A DNA stretch of 61,992 nucleotides, filler included, from Candidatus Zapsychrus exili (lineage in GTDB: Bacteria; Omnitrophota; Gorgyraeia; Zapsychrales; Zapsychraceae), in NCBI GenBank assembly GCA_030765585.1. It is 6 parts of 6 records of this genome, joined end to end, with 100 filler letters (N's around TTAATTAATTAA, not from the genome) between each part and the next. Parts side by side here need not be neighbours in the genome. Positions count along the whole stretch, not along the records: positions 1 to 29,765 come from JAVCCJ010000018.1; 5 more parts are not named here. The stretch is one strand, 5' to 3'. Made by a program: the position numbers and the translations under genes. Positions within the stretch are counted from its first letter, which is position 1; every line of letters begins with the position of its first letter. A model generated the notes under the pieces. The model was not told the DNA's origin. It did no database searches and worked only from the letters and a program-made list of their open reading frames with translations. Shown piece by piece: positions 12,416 through 22,349 of the stretch.

Positions 12416-12730
12416 CTAGCAAATCTTTCCATGCTTATAAGGTCTTTTTTTATTCTTTAATGTTTTATTATGTATTTCTTCTTCAATATCAATTGAAAGA
12501 CCACCGCATAAATCTAGAAGTCTTATAAAAGTATCTGCTAATTCTTCCTTAAATTCCTCATTGTCTTCCTTGCGATATGCCTCCATCGCCTCAGCAAGTT
12601 CTGTCACAACAAGCATTAACGCTTCACCAATATTTCTTTCCTCGTCCCAAAAGCCTTTTTCGCGAGCGACACTATGACAAAGATTCGACAATTCATTTAA
12701 CGACTTCCCTTTAACTTGAATTTCTGGCAA
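12416..12730 (-). CDS. MazG-like nucleotide pyrophosphohydrolase
   Basis: TELAEAMEAYRK...EELADTFIRLLD; C-terminal NKKRPYKHGK. Confidence 0.82.
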   Translation of the reverse strand: MPEIQVKGKSLNELSNLCHSVAREKGFWDEERNIGEALMLVVTELAEAMEAYRKEDNEEFKEELADTFIRLLDLCGGLSIDIEEEIHNKTLKNKKRPYKHGKIC

Positions 12731-13478
12731 GAAACACCTCCATATCTTTTGGTAATTTTGATTTAACTTTTATTCGGTTCTTTGTTATAGGATTTCTAAA
12801 TTCTAAGCTTGCAGCATGCAACGCTGTACGTTTAAATTTCAATGTATAATCTTTTCTGAAAGAATATTTATAATCTCCAACCAATGGATGACCTATTTGT
12901 TTAAAATGAATTCGTATCTGATTAGATCTTCCAGTAATTGGAGCTACCTCCACTACTGTAAATGCGTCTCTTACTTCAAGTGTTCTATAACTAGTAATTG
13001 CATCTTTTTCTTTAGAGCTTTTATTGAATTTTCTTTTGTCAAAAGACTTAACCTTGGCCCTTATAACATCCTTTTTTGCCTCTAAAGTTCCGTGTACAAA
13101 AGCGATATATTTTTTCAATACTTGCCCCTGTTTAAACTCTTCCATCATTAATTGTTGAGGACGTTTGCCTTTAGAAAATATAATCGCGCCAGATGTTTCC
13201 TTGTCCAATCTATGGCAAGGATGCAAATTAAAAGCATTTGCATTAAAGCGGCTATCCTGATTAACAATATTAACTAATGTTTTAAGCCTTTCTTGTTCTG
13301 TAGGAATAACTAGGAGGCCTGACGGTTTATCAAAAACCACGTAATTAGTATCTTCGAATAAAACATTTATGCCAGATTTTTCCTTATCAGATGTAGTCTG
13401 GCAAGAGCTACCACTTTTCTTATTAATATTCTTAAATGAAACGGACGATTTCTTAAAATCTTGTTTTATGGGATTCAT
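12711..13478 (-). CDS. RluA-family pseudouridine synthase
   Basis: DKPSGL, HRLDKETSG, TGRSNQIRIH, GHPLVGD, LHA motifs. Start uncertain. Confidence 0.93.
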   Translation of the reverse strand: MNPIKQDFKKSSVSFKNINKKSGSSCQTTSDKEKSGINVLFEDTNYVVFDKPSGLLVIPTEQERLKTLVNIVNQDSRFNANAFNLHPCHRLDKETSGAIIFSKGKRPQQLMMEEFKQGQVLKKYIAFVHGTLEAKKDVIRAKVKSFDKRKFNKSSKEKDAITSYRTLEVRDAFTVVEVAPITGRSNQIRIHFKQIGHPLVGDYKYSFRKDYTLKFKRTALHAASLEFRNPITKNRIKVKSKLPKDMEVFLARNSS

Positions 13479-13542
13479 TAAAGGAGGACTTAAAGATCAG
13501 GTTCTATCTAATCTTTTATCTGATAATCTGATTAAAAAAGAC

Positions 13543-13567
13543 AAAACCCACTTAAGTTAAAGCGGGT
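13543..13567 (-). terminator. Intrinsic terminator after the PilZ genes
   Basis: Minus strand AACCCGCTT-TAACTT-AAGTGGGTT followed by a T-rich tract. Confidence 0.6.
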
Positions 13568-13574
13568 TATCTTT

Positions 13575-13928
13575 TTAGCATTCGTTGTCTAAACAAGAGC
13601 TAACATAGTCAGAAATATTTTCAGAATCTCTTTGAGAAATATCATTAAAAAATATCGCAATATTATAGCTATCTTTTTCTGCTCTTGATTCTGTACGAAC
13701 AACTACTCCATTGCACGATATTTTCTTAGTAACCTCTTTACCACTTTTTCTAATAGGCACAATAAGGCTGACTTTAAGTTTTGTCATAGGCTCAATATAT
13801 TTATTGACCCTACAATAAGCTCCTGAACGACTTATATTGCCCGTCTCAGTTACAACATCCCCATCTTCCTGAGAAAGTTTAATAGGGATATTGTCATCTA
13901 AACGAGGATCTCTTCTACGTTCATTCAT
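13575..13928 (-). CDS. PilZ domain protein
   Basis: ERRRDPR (RxxxR) and NISRSG ((D/N)xSxxG). Confidence 0.9.
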   Translation of the reverse strand: MNERRRDPRLDDNIPIKLSQEDGDVVTETGNISRSGAYCRVNKYIEPMTKLKVSLIVPIRKSGKEVTKKISCNGVVVRTESRAEKDSYNIAIFFNDISQRDSENISDYVSSCLDNEC

Positions 13929-13930
13929 AA

Positions 13931-14086
13931 TTATTCTTCTGGGTTGGCCTTTAGGCTTTCCATTTTTTTCTCATAACAATTACTATTGCAATAATAATCA
14001 TTGTTACGATAATAACGTTTAGCTCTACTTAATGCTTTTTTACAAGCACCACAATTTTTACCAATTTCTTTTTGTTCTTCTGCCAT
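13931..14086 (-). CDS. 51-aa Cys-rich protein, probable treble-clef/TRASH-like metal binder (below the ORF-track cutoff)
   Basis: Manual translation MAEEQKEIGKNCGACKKALSRAKRYYRNNDYYCNSNCYEKKMESLKANPEE; fills the gap between the two PilZ genes. Confidence 0.75.
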   Translation of the reverse strand: MAEEQKEIGKNCGACKKALSRAKRYYRNNDYYCNSNCYEKKMESLKANPEE

Positions 14087-14112
14087 TTTTTGAACTCTTT
14101 CTACTTTTACAT

Positions 14113-14460
14113 TTAAGATTTAATAAAATGATGTATTTCTGCTTTAGGATTTAACAAAGAATCGTCTCTTGAAAACTCTAATCCTGCTAGATATCTATCT
14201 GAAACAGGTAACTTTCTAATCCAAACGACTTTCCCTGCGCATTCAACGGTTCTTTTTGCATCTAATTGAATATTTAACGTTAGCTCTGTATTAAGCGGCA
14301 AGAAATCATTTAAATTTATTTGAATACCACTTTCACTTATATCTTTTGCAATGCAACCAGTCAAAGGACCAGAATCTTTAGAAAAAAATTGAATAGGCGC
14401 TTTATGAGCCATTCTTTCTGAAATTCTCTTTTCTCTTGATTTATCTATAACAAAAGACAC
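14113..14460 (-). CDS. PilZ domain protein
   Basis: EKRISER, DISESG, GKVVW, AGLEF. Confidence 0.9.
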   Translation of the reverse strand: MSFVIDKSREKRISERMAHKAPIQFFSKDSGPLTGCIAKDISESGIQINLNDFLPLNTELTLNIQLDAKRTVECAGKVVWIRKLPVSDRYLAGLEFSRDDSLLNPKAEIHHFIKS

Positions 14461-14615
14461 TTTTTATTCCTCCATACTCGTTTACCGTCTTATTTGTATG
14501 CATTATATCAGAATATGAGCGCCTTACAATTGTTTTTTATAAGTTATAATAATACTATTCTTATTAAATAAAAACAGAGTTTACCAAAGCCCAACAAACT
14601 GATATAATTGACCCA

Positions 14616-15428
14616 ATGTATAAAGAATTCTATAATTTAAAAGAAAATCCTTTTAGCGTGACGGCTGACCCTGATTTCTTTTTCTCAAGCTCACGTCACC
14701 AAGAAGCCTTTTCACATCTTATATATGGAATTGAAGAAAGAAAAGGAATTCTTGCGATAACAGGAGAAATAGGAACAGGGAAAACAACACTTTGCAAGAC
14801 ACTCCTAAGTCGTTTAGATGAAAGCACTAAGACCGCTTTAATCCTCTATCCAAACTTTTCAAATACTCAACTTCTTAAGCTTATAATAAAAGACCTTGGC
14901 ATTGAAGAAAGATTAAGCAATAAATTTTCATTAATAAGTGCTTTAAATGAATTTTTGCTCTCACAAACAAGCCAAGGCAACAACGTAGTATTGATAGTTG
15001 ATGAGGCTCAAAATTTAAAACCAAGCCAATTAGAACAAATACGTCTTTTATCAAATCTAGAAACAGAAAAAGAAAAGCTTCTTCAAATCATATTGGTTGG
15101 TCAACCTGAACTGTACGAAAAACTTAAACTTACCTCTCTTAGACAATTAAACCAAAGAATCGCAGTAAGATATCATGTTATGCCACTGGAAAGAAATGAA
15201 ATTAAGCCATACATCAACCATAGACTCAAAATTGCCAGTATACAAAAAAGTGGTCGAAAATCACCAACATTCAATGAAAATGCAATCAGTGCGATTTACG
15301 AATATTCAAAAGGAACGCCAAGAATAATAAATATATTATGCGACCGAGCTCTTTTATCAGGCTTTATTAAAGAAACCTATACAATAGACGCACAATTAAT
15401 TCATAAATGCGCTACGGAGATTAGTTAA
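14616..15428 (+). CDS. ExeA/GspA-family AAA ATPase (type II secretion accessory)
   Basis: LKENPFS, GEIGTGKTT, IVDEAQNL, LVGQPEL, GTPRIINILCDRALL. Confidence 0.93.
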   Translation: MYKEFYNLKENPFSVTADPDFFFSSSRHQEAFSHLIYGIEERKGILAITGEIGTGKTTLCKTLLSRLDESTKTALILYPNFSNTQLLKLIIKDLGIEERLSNKFSLISALNEFLLSQTSQGNNVVLIVDEAQNLKPSQLEQIRLLSNLETEKEKLLQIILVGQPELYEKLKLTSLRQLNQRIAVRYHVMPLERNEIKPYINHRLKIASIQKSGRKSPTFNENAISAIYEYSKGTPRIINILCDRALLSGFIKETYTIDAQLIHKCATEIS

Positions 15429-15962
15429 ATGAGTATTATCCACGATGCCCTCAAAAAAGTTCAACATAATTTAAAGAAAAAACAAGACGAATATCCTATT
15501 AAGAATGAGCATATGGCATCTCAAATAGACGGCATATCTCAGACTACCGAGCCCCCGGAAATTGACACGAACCCAAAAAATGAACAAAAGAAAACAAACA
15601 CATCCAAAAGAACAACAATGCTTTTAGTCCTACTTATAATTACTATTGTATATTTTTCTAAAGAACTAAAACTTATGCCAAATAATAATATTTTTCAGAA
15701 ACCTATCGATATCATTCAAAAAGCTGTAATTATTAATAACGATATCCCTGTAGCAGAGCAAATACAAAAAGATTTACAACCGGAACTCAAGCTAACAGGA
15801 ACTATGTTAATAGAGGAAAAGGTTGTTGCATTAATTAATGGTGAGATTTATAACATTGGAGATGCTATTGAAAACGGCAATATTATAAATATTACGCTTG
15901 ATAAAGTTGATATTGACTACAGCGGCAAAACAACTACTCTTTACGTGGGGAAAAACTACTAA
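15429..15962 (+). CDS. GspB/ExeB-like membrane protein
   Basis: N-terminal MSIIHDALKK, one TM segment, C-terminal LTG...ALING...GD domain; directly after ExeA. Confidence 0.75.
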   Translation: MSIIHDALKKVQHNLKKKQDEYPIKNEHMASQIDGISQTTEPPEIDTNPKNEQKKTNTSKRTTMLLVLLIITIVYFSKELKLMPNNNIFQKPIDIIQKAVIINNDIPVAEQIQKDLQPELKLTGTMLIEEKVVALINGEIYNIGDAIENGNIINITLDKVDIDYSGKTTTLYVGKNY

Positions 15963-17056
15963 ACATTCTTATTTAGAAACTTTCTAACAGCTTGTTTTAT
16001 AACGTCTTCAGGAATTCCTACTTCAACTTTCACCTTACCTATTTTAGTTGCCAAGACAAATCTATTCTTCTTTGAAATAAATTTCTTATCATGCTTCATT
16101 ATTTGAATAATACTACCTAAACTTACATTCTTTATTTTCTGCGGAAGCCCAACCTTTGACAATAAATCATTTATTAAAAGCTCCTGCTCGCTTTTAAGCA
16201 TTCCGAGATTAACTGATATATTTACAGCAACACGCATTCCTAAAGCAACAGCTTCTCCGTGATTATAGTAATCATACTTACACCCTGCCTCAATTGCGTG
16301 CCCTACTGTATGCCCAAAATTTAAAATTGTTCTTAACCCTTTGGTTTCTTTTTCATCAGATGAAACAACCTTAGCTTTTATTTTGCTACAATTTAAAACA
16401 ACTTCAGTTAATGCTTTTGAATTTACACCAATAAGTTTTTTATAATTCTTTTCTATATAATAAAAAAGATTTTTATCATAAATAATGCCATACTTAATTG
16501 CCTCAGAAAGGCCATTTAACATTTGCCTTTTACTGAGCGTAGAAAGAGTCGACACATCGCTAAAAACAACTTTTGGCTGATAAAATGCACCTATTAAATT
16601 TTTGCCAACAGGTAAGTCAATTGCAACCTTACCTCCTATTGCAGAATCAAGCTGAGCTAAGAGCGTAGTCGGCACCTGCACATACGGTATTCCTCTTTTA
16701 TAAGATGCTGCTAAATATCCCGCTAAATCTCCTACAACACCTCCACCTAAAGCAATAATAAACGGTTTCTTTAGAACATCATAGTTAGCGATTTTACCCA
16801 TCAAATCAAAAGCTACTTTCGCAGATTTACTTTTTTCTCCAGAAGGAATGCTAAAAACTTTAGACGTAAATCCGTGTTTCTTTAAAGATAATAAGACGGT
16901 TTTTCCATAATGCTTATATATAACAGGGTTAGTTACAATAATAGCGTCTTGCCCTATGTTTAGACTCTTAAGGACACATCCTAGTTTAGATAAGATTTTA
17001 CTTCCTATAATTATATCGTAGCTATTTTCTTTTAAAGCAAGTCTGACTTTTTCCAT
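15959..17056 (-). CDS. aroB: 3-dehydroquinate synthase
   Basis: GEKSKS, GGGVVGDLAG, PTTLLAQ, GKNLIGAFYQP, LNFGHTVGHAIE. Confidence 0.98.
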   Translation of the reverse strand: MEKVRLALKENSYDIIIGSKILSKLGCVLKSLNIGQDAIIVTNPVIYKHYGKTVLLSLKKHGFTSKVFSIPSGEKSKSAKVAFDLMGKIANYDVLKKPFIIALGGGVVGDLAGYLAASYKRGIPYVQVPTTLLAQLDSAIGGKVAIDLPVGKNLIGAFYQPKVVFSDVSTLSTLSKRQMLNGLSEAIKYGIIYDKNLFYYIEKNYKKLIGVNSKALTEVVLNCSKIKAKVVSSDEKETKGLRTILNFGHTVGHAIEAGCKYDYYNHGEAVALGMRVAVNISVNLGMLKSEQELLINDLLSKVGLPQKIKNVSLGSIIQIMKHDKKFISKKNRFVLATKIGKVKVEVGIPEDVIKQAVRKFLNKNV

Positions 17057-17087
17057 GAAATAGGTCTCACTTTATTCAACACTATTT

Positions 17088-17180
17088 GATTACGGTGATT
17101 ATAAAAACAGATTACAGAGATTTAATCGCCGTAATCCCTGTCTGCCTATCGGCAGGCAGGCTTGCTAATCGTTGTAATCA
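17088..17180. repeat. GATTAC/GTAATC inverted-repeat element carrying a CCTG...CAGG mini-hairpin
   Basis: GATTAC-type units on the left, GTAATC units on the right; CCTGTCTGCC-TATC-GGCAGGCAGG at 17137-17160. Confidence 0.7.
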
Positions 17181-17216
17181 GCATCGGAATAATCAAATAT
17201 TAAAAATCCGATGCAG

Positions 17217-17837
17217 TTAAAACGTAACTCCCAAAAATTTACCTGCAGATTCTATAATGGGCATAAGTATTTTTCTAAATGCCCCCAAATATATTAACCC
17301 AAAAACAATTAAAATCCCATATCTTTCTAACTTTGCATAAAGCAAGTCCAAGCCCCTTGGCAACAATCCCATAACAACACGAGATCCATCAAGTGGCGGT
17401 ATTGGTATAAGATTAAACGTAGCTAACAATAAATTAATAAATACTGCCAACTCAAGCATCTGATGATTCGACGCAGAAATATCTAGTTTTAATAGTTGGC
17501 TAAAAAACACAGCTAAAATTATATTTGTTAAAGGCCCTGATAAACCAACCCACATCATATCTCTTTTAGGATTATTTAAAGCTCTAAAATTGACAGGAAC
17601 AGGTTTCGCCCAACCAAAAACAAAAACATTATATCCCATAAAACGCATAGTAAGAAGAGCCCCGGGAAGTAAAATTGTTCCTATGATATCTATATGTTTA
17701 AGTGGATTTAACGTAAGACGTCCTGCTAATTTTGCAGTGGAATCGCCCAACTTATAAGCTGAGAAACCATGTGCACATTCATGCAAAATAATTGATGAGA
17801 ATAAAATAAGGATTATTTTTATTATTTCTATGGCCAT
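17217..17837 (-). CDS. Site-2 protease (peptidase M50)
   Basis: HECAH and FNLIPIPPLDG motifs, hydrophobic. Confidence 0.95.
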   Translation of the reverse strand: MAIEIIKIILILFSSIILHECAHGFSAYKLGDSTAKLAGRLTLNPLKHIDIIGTILLPGALLTMRFMGYNVFVFGWAKPVPVNFRALNNPKRDMMWVGLSGPLTNIILAVFFSQLLKLDISASNHQMLELAVFINLLLATFNLIPIPPLDGSRVVMGLLPRGLDLLYAKLERYGILIVFGLIYLGAFRKILMPIIESAGKFLGVTF

Positions 17838-17847
17838 TTAAGAAAGC

Positions 17848-18711
17848 CTACAATACTAATTTAATTGAAGAAATAATTAATACTGGATAAGAATGTTGAT
17901 TCTTCTTGTTATGATTAATTTTGCCTTGAGCCTCTACAACACTGCTTATAAAATCACGAAAAATATGTTCTGGTCCTTCCAAATAATACACTTCGCCTAA
18001 ATCAGTTATAACTTGATGCTTAATATTATCTGCATCAGATTGATCACGTAATTCTAATACGCCCTTTATTTTGATAATTCTATTTAACTCTTCTTGCCTT
18101 GCCTTCTCTTCTTCAATTACGCGCAATCTTGCCTTTTCCTGATTCTGTTCTCTCAATAAAACCTTTTTCTCTAATTCTTCTATCTTGCCTATAAGTGCAC
18201 GCTGTTGATATTTAGTTGTGTCATTTGTCTTGAAAACAAGATAATCCTCTGTTATCCAACCATAACTATTATCTATTGGTTCTATTTTATACCATTTTTC
18301 TTGGCTTTCTAAAATATATACCTTATCGTTAATATTTAAACTACCTATTATAGAAGAGTTAATTGATGCACCTGCACGAACATTTACTTTGTTCGCCACA
18401 ACTTCTCCAATATCATTTTCTAACTAATTTATATATTTTTTACTAACAAAGCTTATCGCTCTATTCGGAAGTTTTATTTTATACCAACTATACTGACTGC
18501 CAACAACAAACACTTCCTCACCAATAGAAACTTTACAAAGTTTCTCAAAGTTTACGCTTTGACCAGCTCTGACATTTACGCTATCTTTCGTAGGCTCAGC
18601 TACGAAAGGGAAAATGTTTTGGCCTGATGCAGATAAACTAGCGTCAGCTCCATATGCTCCAGAGCATAGAAATAAAATTATTATGGATAAAATTATACGA
18701 CGTAAAATCAT
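17848..18711 (-). pseudogene. Secreted tandem bacterial SH3-domain protein interrupted by one in-frame TAG at 18424-18426
   Basis: ORFs 18424-18711 and 17848-18399 are in the same frame, read ...KKYIN*LENDIGEVVANKVNVRAG...; both halves have VNVRAG...WYKI SH3b repeats. Confidence 0.75.
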
Positions 18712-18734
18712 CTTAAAATGAAGACCTAATAATT

Positions 18735-18786
18735 TGGGGACATATACCTAATTTATAAAAAATTATTAATTAGATGCATGTCCCCA
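18735..18786. repeat. Long intergenic hairpin (REP-like or terminator)
   Basis: TGGGGACATATACCTAATT...AATTAGATGCATGTCCCCA. Confidence 0.6.
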
Positions 18787-18798
18787 TTTAAATTTAAA

Positions 18799-19053
18799 TT
18801 ACTTTTTAGGTGATTCTTCTGCTTTCGCTTCAGTTGCGGCCACACCATCTTTAGGGGCATCTTCAGTATCTTCAGCTTTTTCTTTTTTCTGAGCTTTTAT
18901 TTTTACTATTTTAGTTTTTGGTAAATTTGTAACTAGTTGATCATCAGACCAAAGTCCTTTTTTCATTAAGTCCTTTATTCTCTCTATACGAGATAGAACC
19001 GTTCTTTGCTGTGCTCCAGCTGTATCAACTTTAAGTGATGGATGTAACGACAT
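18799..19053 (-). CDS. PVC-superphylum small basic protein
   Basis: MSLHPSLK...RTVLSRIERIKDL...GLW...LPKTK resembles the Chlamydiae/Verrucomicrobia/Planctomycetes small basic protein family. Confidence 0.85.
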   Translation of the reverse strand: MSLHPSLKVDTAGAQQRTVLSRIERIKDLMKKGLWSDDQLVTNLPKTKIVKIKAQKKEKAEDTEDAPKDGVAATEAKAEESPKK

Positions 19054-19661
19054 TATAATCTCCTTATCAAAAAATCTGAATATTTGTGTTTTAGTCTACC
19101 AGAAAATTCCTCAGCATCTTCTCGCCTTATAAATTTTCCAACACAAACAATTGAATAACTTCCCTTTGGTACAACAAAGGTGTCATGACCTGTTTCTTTA
19201 AGCCCAAAAGCCTCTCTCTGGGCATTCTTTTCTAACTTAAAAGATGCTACCTGTATTGTATACAAATCATCTAAAACATTTTTCTGCACAGGTACAATCT
19301 CTTTAACTTTATTGTTTTTACCAGTATTTTCCTGGCCCTTATTAACTTCAGAAATTTGTCCTCCATTAGACTTTTCAGCCTTAAGATTGACTGGTCTTAC
19401 AATAATATCATTTTCTATATCAAGTGCCTCTTTTTGTTGCGAAGTTTCTATGGGAAGCGCAGCTAGTTTTTTGCCTTTTTCAACTCCAAAAGCAAAGAAT
19501 AAAACTAGTATCATAGCGAAAATAATACACAACACAATACTGTTTTCGGCTGAAAGTGTCAAGTCTTTTAATAAGGACGGACTCTTGCCTGAATCGCTAA
19601 AAGAATCAGAAGAACTAGAAAAAAGCTCAAATTGTGCATGTTCCTTATAATTACTATTCAT
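19053..19661 (-). CDS. SPOR domain membrane protein
   Basis: One TM segment; C-terminal YTIQVASF...VCVGKF...A. Confidence 0.88.
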   Translation of the reverse strand: MNSNYKEHAQFELFSSSSDSFSDSGKSPSLLKDLTLSAENSIVLCIIFAMILVLFFAFGVEKGKKLAALPIETSQQKEALDIENDIIVRPVNLKAEKSNGGQISEVNKGQENTGKNNKVKEIVPVQKNVLDDLYTIQVASFKLEKNAQREAFGLKETGHDTFVVPKGSYSIVCVGKFIRREDAEEFSGRLKHKYSDFLIRRL

Positions 19662-19677
19662 AATAAGTATTATATGT

Positions 19678-20751
19678 TTATTTACCGCTTGTACTCAAGA
19701 ATTTTTTGAATTTTTTTTGTTTTGTAAGCCTAGTGAATACATCAACAACTTTTGGATCAAATTGCGTGCCGCTATTTTCCTTGATTTCTTCGATTGCCGC
19801 TTTAACAGATAACCTCTTATTATAAACTCGACCCCTTGTCATCGCTTCAAAAGCGTCGACAACAGACATGATTCTTGCGCCTAAAGGAATCTGTTCTTTT
19901 TTGAGTCCATATGGATAGCCTGTTCCATCATATTTTTCGTTACGATGCAAAATAATAGGCAAAACAGGTTTTAGAAATTCGATGGGCTTAATTAACTCTG
20001 CTGAACGAGCTGGCTGATTCTTTATTACCTTAAACTCTTCTGGAGTAAGCTTTCCTGATTTTAAGACAATATTATAAGGAACATCAATCGCGCCAGTATC
20101 TCTTAAAACGCTTGCATAATATAAATTATTTATACTTTCTGTCGGCATATTCAGCTTTTCACCAATAGCTTTTATCATCTTAAAATAGGCAGGCGTATGA
20201 ATACTTGTATCAATATGCTCTTGTTGTTCTAAAAGTTTTCCAATAAACTTTACGCTTCCTAGAATAATTTCTTGATGCTCTTGATAATATTGCAGATTCT
20301 TAACTGCTGTAACTGATTGCTCAACTATAACTGACAGCATATCTTTATCAAATTCACTAAAAGCCACATCTTTTTTATTTCTTCTTGCTATAATAGCGCC
20401 TACTGTTTCGTCTGCCACCATTGGGATTCCAATAATATGCTTTTCAAAAACAGTGAATCCAGACAATACCTTCTCTTCATCTTTTGTTATTTTAGAAAGA
20501 TCACTCTTCTTTTTTAATAATATATTTATCTTATTATTAAAAATAGCTTTTAATATAAGCTTATTTTTCTTCGCATCTAAGATATATACCGTTGCAGCCT
20601 CTGCTTTTATAAATTGACAAAGTAGACGCGCAAGTCGTAAAGACAATTCCTCAACGTTGTAAGTTGAATTCACCAACCTATAAACCATATGTACTGCTGA
20701 TAAAACCAGCTTATACTTTTTGATATGGGTCAAAGAGTTTTTTGTGCTCAT
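19678..20751 (-). CDS. GAF + degenerate HD-GYP domain protein
   Basis: EKYDGTGYP, IPLGARIMSVVDAF, SGTQFDP present; the HD dyad reads LRDTG. Confidence 0.88.
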   Translation of the reverse strand: MSTKNSLTHIKKYKLVLSAVHMVYRLVNSTYNVEELSLRLARLLCQFIKAEAATVYILDAKKNKLILKAIFNNKINILLKKKSDLSKITKDEEKVLSGFTVFEKHIIGIPMVADETVGAIIARRNKKDVAFSEFDKDMLSVIVEQSVTAVKNLQYYQEHQEIILGSVKFIGKLLEQQEHIDTSIHTPAYFKMIKAIGEKLNMPTESINNLYYASVLRDTGAIDVPYNIVLKSGKLTPEEFKVIKNQPARSAELIKPIEFLKPVLPIILHRNEKYDGTGYPYGLKKEQIPLGARIMSVVDAFEAMTRGRVYNKRLSVKAAIEEIKENSGTQFDPKVVDVFTRLTKQKKFKKFLSTSGK

Positions 20752-21880
20752 CTAATACAAACCTATCTGTCATTGATGCAATATAATTGCAAATTATTGT
20801 ATATTTCTCGCTCCTAGAATACTTCTGATTTCTGTCATAAATCAAATACGGCAATTGCTCAGGTCTTTCCCTGTAAACATTAAACAAATCATTAATTACA
20901 CGACGAGCTTTCTGTGCCATTCGCAAAACCCTATAATGCTCATAAAATTTCTTATGCAAAGTTTTTTGAAGCTGTCCTCTTTCTTTCCTCATAAGAGGAC
21001 TAAAAGAGATTACATCTCCTTTTGTAGGATTTAAATTATACTTCTTTGCATCTTTCGAAGTTTTAAAACCACGACTTTTTAAATTCTTTTCTGATTGTGC
21101 TAAAAGGTCTTTTATTTGTAAATCTATTAACGATCTCACTACATGATATTTAAACATATCTTTATCGTCTATTTTAACACTTAAGGACGCCTTCTCCCAC
21201 AATTTGCTATCCATCAAATCTTTCGACTCAACACATCCTGATGTTAGACCATCATCAATATCATGAGATAAATATGCAAGAGCATCAGCGATATCAACTA
21301 CCTTTGCCTCAAGAGTCGCTCCCTTATTTCTATACTTTGGCACAACCATTCTCTTGTCATAATCTGTTTGATGCTTTAAAAGTCCTACTAAAACTTCTTC
21401 AGTTAGATTTAATCCATTAAAATCAGGATATCTTTTCTCACATTCTGATACAATTTCATAACTATGAAAATTATGATTAAAGCTACCTACTTTAGCTGTT
21501 TTCATAATCTCTTCTAAAACTTTTTCTCCAGCATGCCCAAAAGGAGGATGTCCCAAATCATGAGCTAATGCTATTGCCTCTATGAGATCTTCATTTAATT
21601 GTAAATTACGACCAATCGTTCTTGCTATCTGAGCGACTTCTATAGTATGAGTCAATCTCGTCCTATAATAATCACCTTCAGACACAGCAAAAACTTGTGT
21701 TTTATGCTCTAACTTACGAAAAGCCTCAGAATGAACAATACGATCCCTGTCTCTCTGATAGCAAGTCCTAGTCACATGACTTAATTCCTTATATATTCTG
21801 CCAGAAGAGTCTTTACTCTTCATTGCATAAGGAGCTAAAATGCTTTCTTCTAATTTTTCAATATTTTCTCTTTTTTGCAT
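20711..21880 (-). CDS. dgt: Deoxyguanosinetriphosphate triphosphohydrolase
   Basis: RDRDRIVHS, RTRLTHT, AHDLGHPPFGHAGE, YIASMTD. Confidence 0.96.
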   Translation of the reverse strand: MQKRENIEKLEESILAPYAMKSKDSSGRIYKELSHVTRTCYQRDRDRIVHSEAFRKLEHKTQVFAVSEGDYYRTRLTHTIEVAQIARTIGRNLQLNEDLIEAIALAHDLGHPPFGHAGEKVLEEIMKTAKVGSFNHNFHSYEIVSECEKRYPDFNGLNLTEEVLVGLLKHQTDYDKRMVVPKYRNKGATLEAKVVDIADALAYLSHDIDDGLTSGCVESKDLMDSKLWEKASLSVKIDDKDMFKYHVVRSLIDLQIKDLLAQSEKNLKSRGFKTSKDAKKYNLNPTKGDVISFSPLMRKERGQLQKTLHKKFYEHYRVLRMAQKARRVINDLFNVYRERPEQLPYLIYDRNQKYSRSEKYTIICNYIASMTDRFVLDEHKKLFDPYQKV

Positions 21881-22349
21881 CAGATAATCTATCGTATAAA
21901 GTTTTCAGCGACTGAGAGATTACTTTTGTGTCTGCAGTTACTGGCATAAAGTTTACATCGCCTCTAAAACGAGGAACTAAATGGATATGTAGATGTCCCG
22001 GAAAACCTGCTCCAGCTACTTTACCTAAATTTATTCCAACATTATATCCACCAGGCTTAAGCGTTTGATCAATTAATGACTTGGCCTCACCAAGCAAATC
22101 AAACAAATCTTCTCTTTCATCTTTCTTTAATTTACTCAAATCGCTCACATGACGATTTGGAATAATCAAAACATGTCCATTGTTATACGGAAAAATATTT
22201 AACACTGCAAAACTATTTTTACTACGAAGAAAAATGTAGTTCTTCTTATCTTTTTTTTCTTTTAAAATATTACAAAAGACACAGCCCTTCTTGTCCTTTT
22301 TATCGTCTGTTATGTAGGCTAGTCGCCAAGGCGCCCAAAGCTTATCCAT
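21858..22349 (-). CDS. HIT-family hydrolase
   Basis: LWAPWR, CVFC, HLHIHLVPR. Confidence 0.95.
   Translation of the reverse strand: MDKLWAPWRLAYITDDKKDKKGCVFCNILKEKKDKKNYIFLRSKNSFAVLNIFPYNNGHVLIIPNRHVSDLSKLKKDEREDLFDLLGEAKSLIDQTLKPGGYNVGINLGKVAGAGFPGHLHIHLVPRFRGDVNFMPVTADTKVISQSLKTLYDRLSDAKKRKY

Noticed and set aside
17848..18711. Genome-wide amber recoding
   Set aside because: TAG ends intact genes at expected positions, e.g. guaB (5407) and the MazG-like gene (12416).
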